From: a candidate division WS6 bacterium OLB20
GTDB lineage: Bacteria > Patescibacteriota > Dojkabacteria > B142 > OLB20
DNA length: 64,000 bases
Assembly (NCBI GenBank): GCA_001567355.1
Contig: JYNZ01000002.1
Span: 71,477-135,476, forward strand
Direction: 5' to 3'
Part shown: positions 31,564 through 43,084 of the stretch, piece by piece
Numbering within the stretch: position 1 is the first letter of the stretch
How the letters are laid out: each line of letters begins with the position of its first letter
Translations under genes and position numbers: made by a program
The notes under the pieces: generated by a model
What the model was told of the DNA's origin: nothing
Databases searched by the model: none
What the model saw: only the letters and a program-made list of their open reading frames with translations

Positions 31564-32158
31564 TGCGCTGCTTGTTCTGCTGCCCGTTTACCCGGTCAGT
31601 GCACAGGAGGCTCCGCTGGTATTCACAGCGGATGCTGTAACCCTGGATGTGGGAGAGGAGATTGAAGTCCCGGTTAGCGTTCCTGCTGATCTCGACACCA
31701 ATGTGATTGAACTGGTGTTTGACTATGATGAAGAGAACGTTCTGATCGCCACTCTGCGTGAAGGACCCGGCACACTGGCAATCGATAAGGTGCTATCAGG
31801 AGGCAGGGCAGAAGTGACGGTTGCTAAAACCGGCAGCAATTTTGCAGCTGGTGATACAGTTGCAACGTTGCGTATCAGGCTTATCGGTCCTGCTGGATCA
31901 CAGGTCAGGTTTGCTGACGGTACAGCAGTAGCAGAGCAGTCTGTAGATGTTTCGTCCATGCAGGCACTCACTGTCACATTTGCGCATGAAGACAAGCTCG
32001 ATGACACTTCCGCAGAGGAAGACAGGCAGGCTGACCTCTTTGACCGGCTGCGCAGGCTTGACCCGGTCCTTCAGGTAGTCATCGGTGCTGCAGTTGTTGC
32101 CGGCCTGTTCTTTATTCTCATACTGGCACTGTTTATCCTGCGTAAACGCAACGAATAA
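31526..32158 (+). CDS. membrane-anchored cohesin-like domain protein (signal peptide, ~140-aa beta-sandwich, C-terminal TM plus RKRNE)
   Basis: Signal peptide MKRNYIVPFLSALLVLLPVYPVSAQEA, then LVFTADAVTLDVGEEIEVPVSV...IELVFDYDEENV...ATLRIRLIG, then C-terminal VVIGAAVVAGLFFILILALFILRKRNE. Confidence 0.5.
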   Translation: MSMKRNYIVPFLSALLVLLPVYPVSAQEAPLVFTADAVTLDVGEEIEVPVSVPADLDTNVIELVFDYDEENVLIATLREGPGTLAIDKVLSGGRAEVTVAKTGSNFAAGDTVATLRIRLIGPAGSQVRFADGTAVAEQSVDVSSMQALTVTFAHEDKLDDTSAEEDRQADLFDRLRRLDPVLQVVIGAAVVAGLFFILILALFILRKRNE

Positions 32159-32724
32159 TGCAGTACAGGTGCGAATGGGCACAGTCCGATCCACTGCTTG
32201 TGCAGTATCATGACACAGAGTGGGGAGTGCCGGAACATGACGATACGAGACAGTTTGAATTTCTCTCACTGGAAATCATGCAGGCGGGTTTGAGCTGGCT
32301 GACTGTTCTTCGCAAACGCGAAGGCTTTCGTCGGGTCTTTTACGGTTTTGATGTACCGCGTGTTGCCGCGATGACAGATCATGATGTTGAACGGCTGTTG
32401 CAGGATGAGGGTATTATCAGAAACAGAATGAAGATCGAGGCAATCATCAATAACGCAAGAGCAGTTTTGCATATGCAAAAGCAGCAGACCCTTGCAGAAT
32501 TTTTCTGGAGTTATGTAAACGGTGTCCCGCTGGACAGCAGAATCGCAATGGATGAGGACGTTCCTGCTTCCACACCGCTGTCGCACAGGATCAGTAAGGA
32601 TCTCAAGGCACATAAGTTCCGTTTTACCGGTCCAACAATCATATATGCCCATATGCAGGCAACCGGTATCGTAAATGACCACGAAAAGCGCTGCTTCCGC
32701 CATGACCAGGTCCATCCCCACTAG
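32158..32724 (+). CDS. tag: DNA-3-methyladenine glycosylase I
   Basis: WAQSDPLLVQYHDTEWGVP (Tag signature YHDxEWG). Confidence 0.8.
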   Translation: MQYRCEWAQSDPLLVQYHDTEWGVPEHDDTRQFEFLSLEIMQAGLSWLTVLRKREGFRRVFYGFDVPRVAAMTDHDVERLLQDEGIIRNRMKIEAIINNARAVLHMQKQQTLAEFFWSYVNGVPLDSRIAMDEDVPASTPLSHRISKDLKAHKFRFTGPTIIYAHMQATGIVNDHEKRCFRHDQVHPH

Positions 32725-32771
32725 AAGAGCTGCACTGCATCTGCTAGGATATAGCTGTACCCGTACTACTG

Positions 32772-33281
32772 ATGAAGACAATTGACCGTATTTTTGTTGT
32801 GATGCTGATTGTTCTGCCGTTTGCGGTTGCGCTTGTGCTTGTCTTTCAGCTTCTGCGCAATCCCAATATTGCTCCTGACGACACTGATGCGCTTCCGACT
32901 CCGACCTTTGCCGTCGGTCCTGTTACAGTCAGTCCCACTGCAACTCCAACGTTTGACTATGAGCCTGTTACCCCAACTGTAACTGCAACATATGCGATTC
33001 CAGAGGATACTGATCCTGCCACACCGACAACCCGGCCGCAGCATACGGTGACAGTAACAGCCACCCCAGTAGCTACAACCGCCGGCAGAAGCCCCACACC
33101 AACATCAGTCTCCACAGCCACTCCTGCACCTACTGCTTCAGCAACTCTCATTGCTGAGCTTCCTGATACGCAGAGCAGTGACCAGACGCTACTGCAGGTG
33201 CTTGCGGTCAGCCTTACGGTAGCATGTGTTGCCGGTGGACTGCTTACCGCCGGAAAAATTCTTCGCGGCAGGACACTATGA
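32772..33281 (+). CDS. Thr/Pro-rich membrane protein, hypothetical
   Basis: N-terminal and C-terminal TM segments with a T/P-rich low-complexity core. Confidence 0.4.
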   Translation: MKTIDRIFVVMLIVLPFAVALVLVFQLLRNPNIAPDDTDALPTPTFAVGPVTVSPTATPTFDYEPVTPTVTATYAIPEDTDPATPTTRPQHTVTVTATPVATTAGRSPTPTSVSTATPAPTASATLIAELPDTQSSDQTLLQVLAVSLTVACVAGGLLTAGKILRGRTL

Positions 33282-33916
33282 GGATTGTGATTGCCGATCT
33301 CCATCTCACTGACAGATATGACTCCCGGCTCGGGGAGTTTCTTTCTGGTCTTACTGCTGAAGCTGATGAACTGATAATCAACGGTGATCTCTGGGACGAG
33401 GATATAACGGAATTTGCGGGATTTGAACGTGCCTGGCGGCCACTGCTGCAGAAGTGGGCTGCTCTCAGAACAGTGTATCTTCCAGGCAATCACGATACTG
33501 ATCCGCTGCTTGCAGAAAAGGCATGGTTTGCTGCAGAAGTCTTGCCTGTCTACAGCTTTACAGACGGCAGCGTCAGGTTTCATATTGAGCACGGGCATGT
33601 CTTTGACACCGAGGGTCTTGTCAGAAGACTGGTACCGCAGCCGCTGCTTGGCCTGATAGCTCATGCCAACAGGGTAAGAACATGGCTGTGGTCGCGGCTG
33701 TTTCCGTTCACCCATTCATTCTCAGAAACAGAAACAGTGCAGCAGCATTCTGCACGCAAGCTGATAGATGCTGATGTTGTTATCTTTTCACACTCGCACA
33801 AACCACTTGCTGACAGAAGCTCCGGTCTTTATAACACAGGAGCCATTATGCACGGTCAGGCATCGTGGCTGGTCATAGACCAAGGCGCTGTAGCGTTGCG
33901 AAAAAGCACATATTAA
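33278..33916 (+). CDS. metallophosphoesterase (calcineurin-like)
   Basis: MRIVIADLHL...INGDLWD...LPGNHD...HIEHGH motifs. Confidence 0.65.
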   Translation: MRIVIADLHLTDRYDSRLGEFLSGLTAEADELIINGDLWDEDITEFAGFERAWRPLLQKWAALRTVYLPGNHDTDPLLAEKAWFAAEVLPVYSFTDGSVRFHIEHGHVFDTEGLVRRLVPQPLLGLIAHANRVRTWLWSRLFPFTHSFSETETVQQHSARKLIDADVVIFSHSHKPLADRSSGLYNTGAIMHGQASWLVIDQGAVALRKSTY

Positions 33917-33922
33917 GGTATT

Positions 33923-35236
33923 GTGGCTTCTATGGATACATATATGCGCCTGCTCGGGTCATTTATCGCCTTCAAAAGCGTTTCCACGGATCCGGCATAT
34001 AAGCAGGAGGTTACCGATACTGTTACATGGTTGCGCAAGGTTTTTGCCGAGGAAGGTGCTGCTGTTGAGGTTGTAGAAGGATATGACAATCCGATTCTGC
34101 TGGCCCGTTTTGATGTCGATCCTGATGCACCCCGTGCTCTCGTCTATGGTCACTACGATGTTCAGCCCGCAGACGAAGTGGATGGCTGGACGCATGATCC
34201 GTTTGTGATCAGCGATGCTGCTGAGCGTATTTACGGACGGGGTGTCGTAGATAACAAAGGACAGGTTCTTGTACATATTGCAACAGTGATTGATGCGCTG
34301 CATGCAGGTACTCTTGCTAAAAATGTCACATTCTTCCTGGAAGGTAATGAAGAGACCGGGTCACCACATCTTGCAGACTTTATCGAACACGAAAAAGAGA
34401 AGCTGTCTGCAGACTTTGCACTCGTGTCTGATGGTGAGGTCATTGGTGACACACCCGTTATCGAGACGGGATTTCGGGGAGGATTTAATGCGACATTGAA
34501 GCTGACGACCTCGTCTACGGATCTGCATTCGGGAATCTATGGTGGAGCAGTCCCCTCAGCGTCACATGAACTGACACTGTTGCTGGCAAAGCTGCTGGAC
34601 AAAGAATATACAGTGATGATCCCGGGATTCTATGATGCAGTGGATGAGATCTCTCCTGAGGAGAGTAAGGCGCTGGCATCGGTACCGTTTGACAGAGAGG
34701 AATACTACCGGATTTCCGGGGTTAAGGGATTAATGACCGACAACGTGTATACAGCAACAGGTCTCAAGCCGACAGTTCAGATTACGGGTATTGAAAGCGG
34801 CTACACAAAAGAAGGCTACAGAAACAGTATACCGGCAAATGCACGCGCAAAACTGAACTTCCGTCTCGTCAGATCACAGGATAGCAGTACGATAATCAAG
34901 CTGTTTCAGGACTGGCTGGGTGCAAATATTCCGCCCTATGTCACCTGGGTGCTTGATGTAAATGATCCGTATGCAGGCGTAAAACTTAACCCTGACGCAC
35001 CGTTTACCAGGGAGGCCGCATCGGTGCTGGAAAAGGTCTACGGAGTAAAGCCTGTATATAAATACTCAGGAGGAGGGCTGCCGATTGTCACATTTCTTAA
35101 AGAACATCTTGAGCTTGAGCCGGTGCTTGTCCCCCTTGGCAATGAAGACTGCAATATGCATGCTGTAGCCGAAAACTATTCAAAATCTCATCTGAAGAAG
35201 GCACTGGCCTTCAGCAGAGAATTCTTTACTCATTAG
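33923..35236 (+). CDS. M20-family metallopeptidase/dipeptidase
   Basis: YGHYDVQP...GRGVVDNKG...FFLEGNEETGS (M20 metal-binding and catalytic motifs). Confidence 0.75.
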   Translation: MASMDTYMRLLGSFIAFKSVSTDPAYKQEVTDTVTWLRKVFAEEGAAVEVVEGYDNPILLARFDVDPDAPRALVYGHYDVQPADEVDGWTHDPFVISDAAERIYGRGVVDNKGQVLVHIATVIDALHAGTLAKNVTFFLEGNEETGSPHLADFIEHEKEKLSADFALVSDGEVIGDTPVIETGFRGGFNATLKLTTSSTDLHSGIYGGAVPSASHELTLLLAKLLDKEYTVMIPGFYDAVDEISPEESKALASVPFDREEYYRISGVKGLMTDNVYTATGLKPTVQITGIESGYTKEGYRNSIPANARAKLNFRLVRSQDSSTIIKLFQDWLGANIPPYVTWVLDVNDPYAGVKLNPDAPFTREAASVLEKVYGVKPVYKYSGGGLPIVTFLKEHLELEPVLVPLGNEDCNMHAVAENYSKSHLKKALAFSREFFTH

Positions 35237-35246
35237 TTCAGATACG

Positions 35247-36122
35247 ATGAAGTTTGTATCAGGTGTTATCCGTTTATCCCGGTATCAGGAGGTTGCAGCT
35301 TCTGTTGCCGTTCTATCTGCTCTGGGAATGTTTCTTGTACACAGCAACGCCCTGGGAGAGATTACTGCTCCCACATTTCTGCTCGTTGTTCTGGGTAACT
35401 TTCTCGCGACAACGTTTGCTTTTATGATCAATGATGTCGAGGATGCAGAGGACGATGCGCGTGACCCCAAGAAGGCCAAACGCAATCCGATTTCTGCAGG
35501 AATGCTGACACATGTGCAGGGAACTGTTGTGTCAGTCGCCGTGGCTCTCACAGCAATGCTGATTTACACGCTGCTTGGTCCGATGCCGGCAGTTATCGGT
35601 GCCAGTGTTCTTCTGACCGGTTTTCTATACTCATGGAGGAAAGTGCGTCTCAAAGGCATGCCTTTTATCGATATGATCTCTCATGGTTACTTCCTCGGCA
35701 GCGGTGCCCTGCTGATTTCATTCCTCAGTTTTACCGAGTTTCATACCGAGGTACTGCCTGCATTTCTGGCAGTATTTCTGATCTCTCTCGGCGGTGACCT
35801 GTTTAATGAAATCCGCGACTATGAGTCTGACCGGAAAGCACAACTGAAGAACAGCGTAAGCATCATCGGACTAAGGGCAAGTATCGCACTGCGCTACATC
35901 GTAACGGCTGTAGGGCTGGTTCTTGCCGTGTGGATAGGTGTCAGTAATGCTGATGCATTAAATATTCACGTGACTGTCGCAGGTATTGTAATTATCGTGG
36001 CGCTTGCAGGGTGGCTTCATTTTGTAGCCAAACGGGATGTGCTTGACTACGACAATGCACTATTCTACAACACGCTTCTGGGTACAACCTTTGCTGTTTT
36101 GGTAATTTCGACGTATACTTGA
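35247..36122 (+). CDS. UbiA-family prenyltransferase
   Basis: INDVEDAEDDARD (NDxxDxxxD) plus about 8 TM segments. Confidence 0.7.
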   Translation: MKFVSGVIRLSRYQEVAASVAVLSALGMFLVHSNALGEITAPTFLLVVLGNFLATTFAFMINDVEDAEDDARDPKKAKRNPISAGMLTHVQGTVVSVAVALTAMLIYTLLGPMPAVIGASVLLTGFLYSWRKVRLKGMPFIDMISHGYFLGSGALLISFLSFTEFHTEVLPAFLAVFLISLGGDLFNEIRDYESDRKAQLKNSVSIIGLRASIALRYIVTAVGLVLAVWIGVSNADALNIHVTVAGIVIIVALAGWLHFVAKRDVLDYDNALFYNTLLGTTFAVLVISTYT

Positions 36123-36472
36123 CGTATGGCACAACGCTACCAGCAACAGTCGGTTCAGGATCTGACGATCGTCACGGATTCAGTGTGGCAGGTCTTCTGC
36201 TGGATATTCTCTTCTCCCCGTTAATCTTTGTGATTATCGGATATGTCCTGTATCAGGACATACAAAAAGCAGTTCTGCTTGCACTGTTTATCATCACAGC
36301 AATTCAGCTGATCAAACTGGTTATGCGTGTGTTTATGCTTGGTCTTAATGCCTTGACCCTCAACATCTTCGGGTTTGTCAGAAACAGTCTGAGGATCTTC
36401 AGCGCACTTGTTTTTATCGCCATCTACTGGTTTATCTACATTCTGATTTTCGGCTCCAACTTCAGCTTGTAG
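36119..36472 (+). CDS. small membrane protein, hypothetical
   Basis: 3 TM segments; overlaps the UbiA stop. Confidence 0.4.
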   Translation: MTYGTTLPATVGSGSDDRHGFSVAGLLLDILFSPLIFVIIGYVLYQDIQKAVLLALFIITAIQLIKLVMRVFMLGLNALTLNIFGFVRNSLRIFSALVFIAIYWFIYILIFGSNFSL

Positions 36473-36543
36473 CAACATTGCCTGGCTTGACAAATCAGGT
36501 GATGCGTAAATAATATAAACGTATTAGCTTAGACAGCAGAATA

Positions 36544-36927
36544 ATGGATGAAAAAAAGAAAATCCTGATTGTAGAGGATGAAAACGATGCCAGACAGATC
36601 TTTCTAGACATTCTGACAGATGCCGGATTTGATGCTATGGCAGCCGCAGACGGCAAGCAGGCACTTGAACTTATGCAGGAGAATAAGTTTGATCTTGTTC
36701 TACTGGATATTATCATGCCTAATATGGATGGTGTTCAGACGCTTGCCGAGGCAAAAAAATACACCGGGAAGTACGGTGACATGAAGATCGTCATGCTCAG
36801 CAATATCGGTGGAGATATCGCAATTGATAAGGCAATGAAGCTCGGAGCAGACGGTTATATGCTTAAATCAGAAACTGAACCGGACGATCTTATCGCTCTG
36901 GTAAAAAACTATCTCGGCGTAGCCTGA
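36544..36927 (+). CDS. stand-alone response-regulator receiver domain (CheY-like)
   Basis: KILIVEDENDARQIF...DLVLLDIIMPNMDG...KIVMLSN...; no output domain. Confidence 0.75.
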   Translation: MDEKKKILIVEDENDARQIFLDILTDAGFDAMAAADGKQALELMQENKFDLVLLDIIMPNMDGVQTLAEAKKYTGKYGDMKIVMLSNIGGDIAIDKAMKLGADGYMLKSETEPDDLIALVKNYLGVA

Positions 36928-36940
36928 GATACCACTTTAG

Positions 36941-38215
<1,275 letters not shown>

Positions 38216-38230
38216 TTTACAATATTCATC

Positions 38231-39235
38231 ATGAAAAACCTTTACATCGCCGATCTGAGGCAGGGAATGTCGCTGACCAGCGAAACGTTTGCCGTCCAGG
38301 ACGCATCCCAGCAGACTACAAAGTCCGGAAAACCTTATTACAGGCTGACGCTTAGGGACAAAACAGGATCAATTAACGGTCAGATCTGGTCAGACAGTTT
38401 TGCCAGTATTGAAAAAAAGGCGCTCACGCCCGGCAAGGTGATCATGGTGGATGCCGGTGTCGAAGAGTTTAAAGGTGCTCTGCAGCTTAATATCAGCAAG
38501 GTGACCGGTGTGGACGAGACTGCACTTGAAGAGTTTGTCGAGGCGTCTGATTTTGATAATGACGAGATGTGGGCAAGATTTACGGCACATCTGAACAAGA
38601 TCAGATCAGAGAGCATCCGGACCTTCCTGGACTCTTTTTTTGCGGATGAATCAACAGTGCGTCGTTACCGGGTTGCACCGGCAGCGGAGGATGTGCACCA
38701 TTCGTTTCATGGAGGTATGCTAGAGCATGTCCTCGAAATGCTTGATCTCGCCGCAGTATTTGAGACCTACTATCCCGAACCCAACTATGATGTTGTAAGA
38801 GCCGGTATCATGCTGCATGACATCGGCAAGCTCCAGGAGCTGGAGACAGTCGGAACGGTCGTTCAGAGAACAAAGGCGGGCAGTATGCTCGGTCATATCC
38901 CGATGGGATTTGCGCTTGTGCAGAAACATGGTGAAGGTGTTCTGACAGAAGAAGAGCTGCTAAACATTGGTCATATCGTTCTGTCTCATCACGGGCTACT
39001 GGAATATGGCAGTCCGGTAAAACCGGTTACGATTGAGGCCTCAATAGTCAGTGCGGTCGACGAGGCATCATCTCATGTGCGCATCTTCCAGAAGGTTCTG
39101 CGCCGTGCCAATTCTGAAGGAGACTTTACCGAGTATGACCGTATACTTGGTACGCGTGTTTATAAAAATGAAGCTCTCAAGAAAGAGTCATTACCTGATA
39201 CCGATACAAACGATGAACAATTCACCCTTACATGA
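38231..39235 (+). CDS. yhaM: 3'-5' exoribonuclease YhaM-like (OB-fold plus HD domain)
   Basis: N-terminal OB fold and an HD domain (HDIGK...LSHHG). Confidence 0.65.
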   Translation: MKNLYIADLRQGMSLTSETFAVQDASQQTTKSGKPYYRLTLRDKTGSINGQIWSDSFASIEKKALTPGKVIMVDAGVEEFKGALQLNISKVTGVDETALEEFVEASDFDNDEMWARFTAHLNKIRSESIRTFLDSFFADESTVRRYRVAPAAEDVHHSFHGGMLEHVLEMLDLAAVFETYYPEPNYDVVRAGIMLHDIGKLQELETVGTVVQRTKAGSMLGHIPMGFALVQKHGEGVLTEEELLNIGHIVLSHHGLLEYGSPVKPVTIEASIVSAVDEASSHVRIFQKVLRRANSEGDFTEYDRILGTRVYKNEALKKESLPDTDTNDEQFTLT

Positions 39236-39872
39236 GCTGAGTCTTGAGCAGTTGGAGAGTCTATACCGGGAGGTGTTTGATGACTATCCGGATTTTACGG
39301 TGCTTGACGAGGCGTACCGGTTTGCAAAAGAGGCGCATGCAGGCCAGAATCGTGATGAAGGAAGACCATATATCGTCCATCCTCTGCGAATGATAATCAT
39401 GATGTACAGGGATTACGGAGTCAAGGACCGATTGATGCTGATGGCTGCGCTCCTGCATGACGTGGTTGAGGACACACCTGTAACAATCGGAGAGATCAGA
39501 GAGCGCTTTGGCGAAAAAACTGCAGACTATGTGCTTGCCATGACAAGAACACGAGATGCCAGCGAAGACGAACGTCCCAATGACAAATTTGAAGCGAAGA
39601 AACGCAAATTCGCATATTTTCAGGATGCACCGTTCAAAATCCGTCAGCTTAAACTGTTTGATCTGATAGACAATATGGGTGACTGGCCGCTCTTTGTCGA
39701 GCAGCAGCATCCTACTGCCAAAAAGTTTCCACGCTGGCTGTTTGAATACAAGACATTTGTCATTCCGCTGGCGGAGTCCATCGGCCCGAAATACACAGAG
39801 CCGGTGACACAGATGCTTTCAACCATGAAGTCGCTTGGCTATGAACCTGTTGCAGGCAGTTACGAAGCCTGA
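39213..39872 (+). CDS. HD-domain phosphohydrolase, (p)ppGpp-hydrolase/SpoT-N-like
   Basis: AHAGQNRDEGRPYIVHPL...LLHDVVEDT (RelA/SpoT HD signature). Start ATG at 39213 overlaps the yhaM end by 23 nt. Confidence 0.6.
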   Translation: MNNSPLHELSLEQLESLYREVFDDYPDFTVLDEAYRFAKEAHAGQNRDEGRPYIVHPLRMIIMMYRDYGVKDRLMLMAALLHDVVEDTPVTIGEIRERFGEKTADYVLAMTRTRDASEDERPNDKFEAKKRKFAYFQDAPFKIRQLKLFDLIDNMGDWPLFVEQQHPTAKKFPRWLFEYKTFVIPLAESIGPKYTEPVTQMLSTMKSLGYEPVAGSYEA

Positions 39873-41575
39873 GCAGACTTTTTCTCCTTGCTGCTGTTCT
39901 TCCTGCTGCCTCTGTTAAACAGATTAAGAACAGTCAGAATCATCGGTTCACGCTCGGTTTCATCGTACAGAAGCTTACGTACTGAGCGGGATATTCTGTC
40001 ACGGATCTCGCGCTCACTGCTGTGGTCTTTAACGTCGGATTCGATAGATTTGCGGGCCGTCTCAGCGATACGATCGATCAGATCCTGATGTGTTTTGACA
40101 AACACAAACCCTCTTGAGATGATCTGCACGTCTGTTGCGCGCCTCGCCGCAACATCAACACTTGCCGAAATGACAACAACACCATAATTGGCCAGCTGTT
40201 CACGGTCACTTAAAACAACTTCTCCGATATCACCGACACCTGATCCCGATACGAGAACAGGATTGGCTTTAACATGTTTTTTTATCTGCCAGTTGTCGTT
40301 GTCAAGTTCAATTACATCGCCTCGTTTTGCAACGATGGTATGTTTGGGATCGACGCCAACACTGATGGCGGTCTGTGCATGTTTATGCAGAAACGACGGG
40401 TAGCCGTGGACAGGGATAAAGAACTTTGGTTTTACAAGATTGATCATCAGCTTCTGATCCTCCTGATAGCCATGTCCTGATGAATGCAGATCCATGATCT
40501 CAGCCTTGTGGAAGACTGTTGCACCTTTTTCGGACAGATCATCAATCAGACCCTGAACAAGCATGTCATTTCCGGGGATGATTGATGCGGAAAGAATAAC
40601 AGTATCACCCTTTTTGATATCAAGTTCTTTATGATCACCCCGTGCCATGCGCGCGAGTGCGGCAAAATGTTCGCCCTGCGCACCTGTTGCAAGGATCAGA
40701 ACCTTGTCGTCAGGAAGTGATTTTATGTTACGGTCCTGAACAAACAGATTGTCAGGGACATCGATATAATTGAGTTTTCTGGCGACAGCAATAATGTTTT
40801 CCATACTGCGGCCGGCTACGGCCACTTTACGGCCGGTCTCCTGTGCAATCGTGATTAGCTGATACAGACGTGTCAGCAGAGATGAGAAGGTCGCAACGAT
40901 AACCCGTCCTTCTGCGTTTTCTACGATGCCCTTAAGCGTTTCGTAGATGACACGTTCCGAGCTTGAATGACCGCTTTTAAACGAGTTGGTCGAGTCGGAC
41001 AGAAGTGCGAGAACGCCTTCCGAACCTGTTTTTGCAATACGATCGTATTCGCTTACAGGCTCATTCATCGGAGAGTTGTCAAACTTGAAGTCTCCGGTAT
41101 GTACAATTGTGCCAGCCGGAGTCTTGATAATAACTCCCATAGACTCAGGGATTGAATGTGTCACACCGAAAAATGAGATTTCAAAGCTGCCTGAGGCGAG
41201 TTTTGATTCTTTTGTTACGACACGGATATTAACCTTTTCCATCAACTCATGCTCTTCAAGCTTCTGTCTGATGACTTCGATCGAAAAGCGGGATGCAAAT
41301 ATCTCGGGAAACCCGAGGTCCTCAATCACATAGGGTAATGCACCGATATGGTCAAGATGGGCATGTGTGATAATGATGCCCTGGATCTTGTCCTTGTTGC
41401 GTTTTAAATAATCGATGTTCGGGATGACGTAGTCAACTCCGTACTGATCGGAAAGCGGGAACCCCAGCCCCACGTCAATGACGGTTATTTCGTCATTGTA
41501 CTCGATTGCGGTGCAGTTGATTCCAATCTCCTGTACGCCGCCAAGCGGGATAATTTTGATTTTTGAATTACTCAT
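39860..41575 (-). CDS. rnj: ribonuclease J (metallo-beta-lactamase/beta-CASP)
   Basis: IIPLGGVQEIGINCTAIEYND...IITHAHLDHIGALPYV... Confidence 0.9.
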   Translation of the reverse strand: MSNSKIKIIPLGGVQEIGINCTAIEYNDEITVIDVGLGFPLSDQYGVDYVIPNIDYLKRNKDKIQGIIITHAHLDHIGALPYVIEDLGFPEIFASRFSIEVIRQKLEEHELMEKVNIRVVTKESKLASGSFEISFFGVTHSIPESMGVIIKTPAGTIVHTGDFKFDNSPMNEPVSEYDRIAKTGSEGVLALLSDSTNSFKSGHSSSERVIYETLKGIVENAEGRVIVATFSSLLTRLYQLITIAQETGRKVAVAGRSMENIIAVARKLNYIDVPDNLFVQDRNIKSLPDDKVLILATGAQGEHFAALARMARGDHKELDIKKGDTVILSASIIPGNDMLVQGLIDDLSEKGATVFHKAEIMDLHSSGHGYQEDQKLMINLVKPKFFIPVHGYPSFLHKHAQTAISVGVDPKHTIVAKRGDVIELDNDNWQIKKHVKANPVLVSGSGVGDIGEVVLSDREQLANYGVVVISASVDVAARRATDVQIISRGFVFVKTHQDLIDRIAETARKSIESDVKDHSSEREIRDRISRSVRKLLYDETEREPMILTVLNLFNRGSRKNSSKEKKSAQAS

Positions 41576-41632
41576 AGGTAATTTATACTATCATGTTTCT
41601 ATAAACTAAATGGCCACTACTGGTATGTACAC

Positions 41633-42314
41633 ATGAAGATGCAGGAATTTCTGGCACGGAACAGAAAGGTATTCATTGCGGTCACACTTCTTGCGGCTGT
41701 CTACATTATACTATATATCGTCTTCAGGCAAAATCAGATCTCAAGAACAGAGATTGAAGAGTTTCTGGCACCGCTTGGAGCATGGGGGATACTTGCCGCC
41801 TATCTGATCCAGGTGCTGACATCAATGACACCGTTACCGGACGCTCCACTTGCGTTTGTTACCATGATCCTGTACGGGCCATACGCAGGGTCTGCTGCTA
41901 TCTTTATCGGTATGCTTACTGCGACCACAATCAATTACGCGATTGCTTCTCGTCTTGGCACCAGGTATATTCTGGGCCGGTTTCCGCTTACGGCCAGCTA
42001 TCTCAAACGCTACGGCAAGAATGCAACCTTTGAGTCACTGCTTCTGCTTCGTTTCTTTTCGTTTGTCACATTTGATATCGTCAGCTACATTGCCGCGCTG
42101 TCCGGCGTTCCGTTCTGGAAGTTTTTTTTTGAGCTCAGTCTGCGGCCTTATCCCCCTTGTGATTTCGCATGCGCTGGTATCGCAGGGGCTGTTTACAGAC
42201 AATCCGCTTGATATTGTGATATCATGGAGTATTCCGGCTGCACTTACACTTGCCGCTGCCTATCTGGCAAAACGCGCCCGTGTCAGCAGAGTTCCGCTTG
42301 ATGAGGCGCAGTAA
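41633..42314 (+). CDS. DedA/TVP38-family membrane protein; apparent 1-nt indel in the T9 run 42122-42130
   Basis: Track ORFs 41633..42211 and 41943..42314 join across the T run (...GVPFWKFF/LSSVCGLIPLVISHALV...). Confidence 0.6.
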
Positions 42315-42337
42315 CTTTCAATTATTACTAGATTCAA

Positions 42338-42817
42338 ATGTTTGGAGATCTTAACAGAGCAGAGATTATCGGTAACATCACCAATGACATTCAGGTCAGA
42401 TACACTGGCAGCGGCACAGCTGTTGCGTCGTTTGGTATTGCCACAAACAGGAGCTATCGTGTTGAAGACGAGTGGAAGGACGAGACGACATTCCATAATG
42501 TTGTTGTCTGGGGTAACCAGGCTGAACAGCTCGCGCAGCGCGCAAAAAAGGGCACACGGGTATACGTGTCAGGAAGGTTGCAGACCCGCAGCTGGGATGA
42601 TGCTGACGGTAAGAAAAACTACAAGACCGAAATCGTATCCGATGACCTGATTCTGCTAGATCGCTACGAGCGGGGTAAACTTGAGGGAGGGGCAGGCGCT
42701 GGCGGCAGCTTTAATGGCGGGTCTGACGCACCTGCGGCAAAAAGCTCTCCCAAGGGAGGCAGTGGAAAAGGCAAGAAGAACGATATGGTGATTGACCCTG
42801 ACGACTTGCCATTCTAA
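42338..42817 (+). CDS. ssb: single-stranded DNA-binding protein
   Basis: OB fold (...TFHNVVVWGNQAEQ...RVYVSGRLQTRSWDD), a Gly-rich tail and C-terminal DPDDLPF. Confidence 0.85.
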   Translation: MFGDLNRAEIIGNITNDIQVRYTGSGTAVASFGIATNRSYRVEDEWKDETTFHNVVVWGNQAEQLAQRAKKGTRVYVSGRLQTRSWDDADGKKNYKTEIVSDDLILLDRYERGKLEGGAGAGGSFNGGSDAPAAKSSPKGGSGKGKKNDMVIDPDDLPF

Positions 42818-42879
42818 TACAGCGCGCGCTATACTCAATACAACTGAACAGGCATTGACGGAGCAAACGGCTTACATTT

Positions 42880-43084
42880 CACAGAAAGCGATGTTGCTGA
42901 GAATTCGCACCAGCTAAGCCAACCCACTTCACGAGCCACAGAGCGATGAGTTCTGCGCAGCTTTGAGGCGATACTTCAAAGAAAGTGTTCTGCAGACAAT
43001 GCAGAAAAGCAGGGTGGTACCTTGGGTCTAAAGCTCAACCTTGTTCATCAGATCAACTGGTGAACTGGGTTGAGCTTTTTTTAT
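42880..43084 (+). promoter_or_regulatory. T-box riboswitch leader preceding proS
   Basis: The conserved T-box core AGGGUGGUACC (43010-43022) lies immediately 5' of an intrinsic terminator hairpin. Upstream is a stem-I-like region with paired AGCGAUG...AGCGAUGAG and a candidate specifier loop containing CCA/CCC (Pro codons) at about 42919-42930. Confidence 0.5.
43031..43084 (+). terminator. rho-independent terminator (T-box expression-platform terminator)
   Basis: aagctcaacc...ggttgagctt stem followed by a T8 run. Confidence 0.6.
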
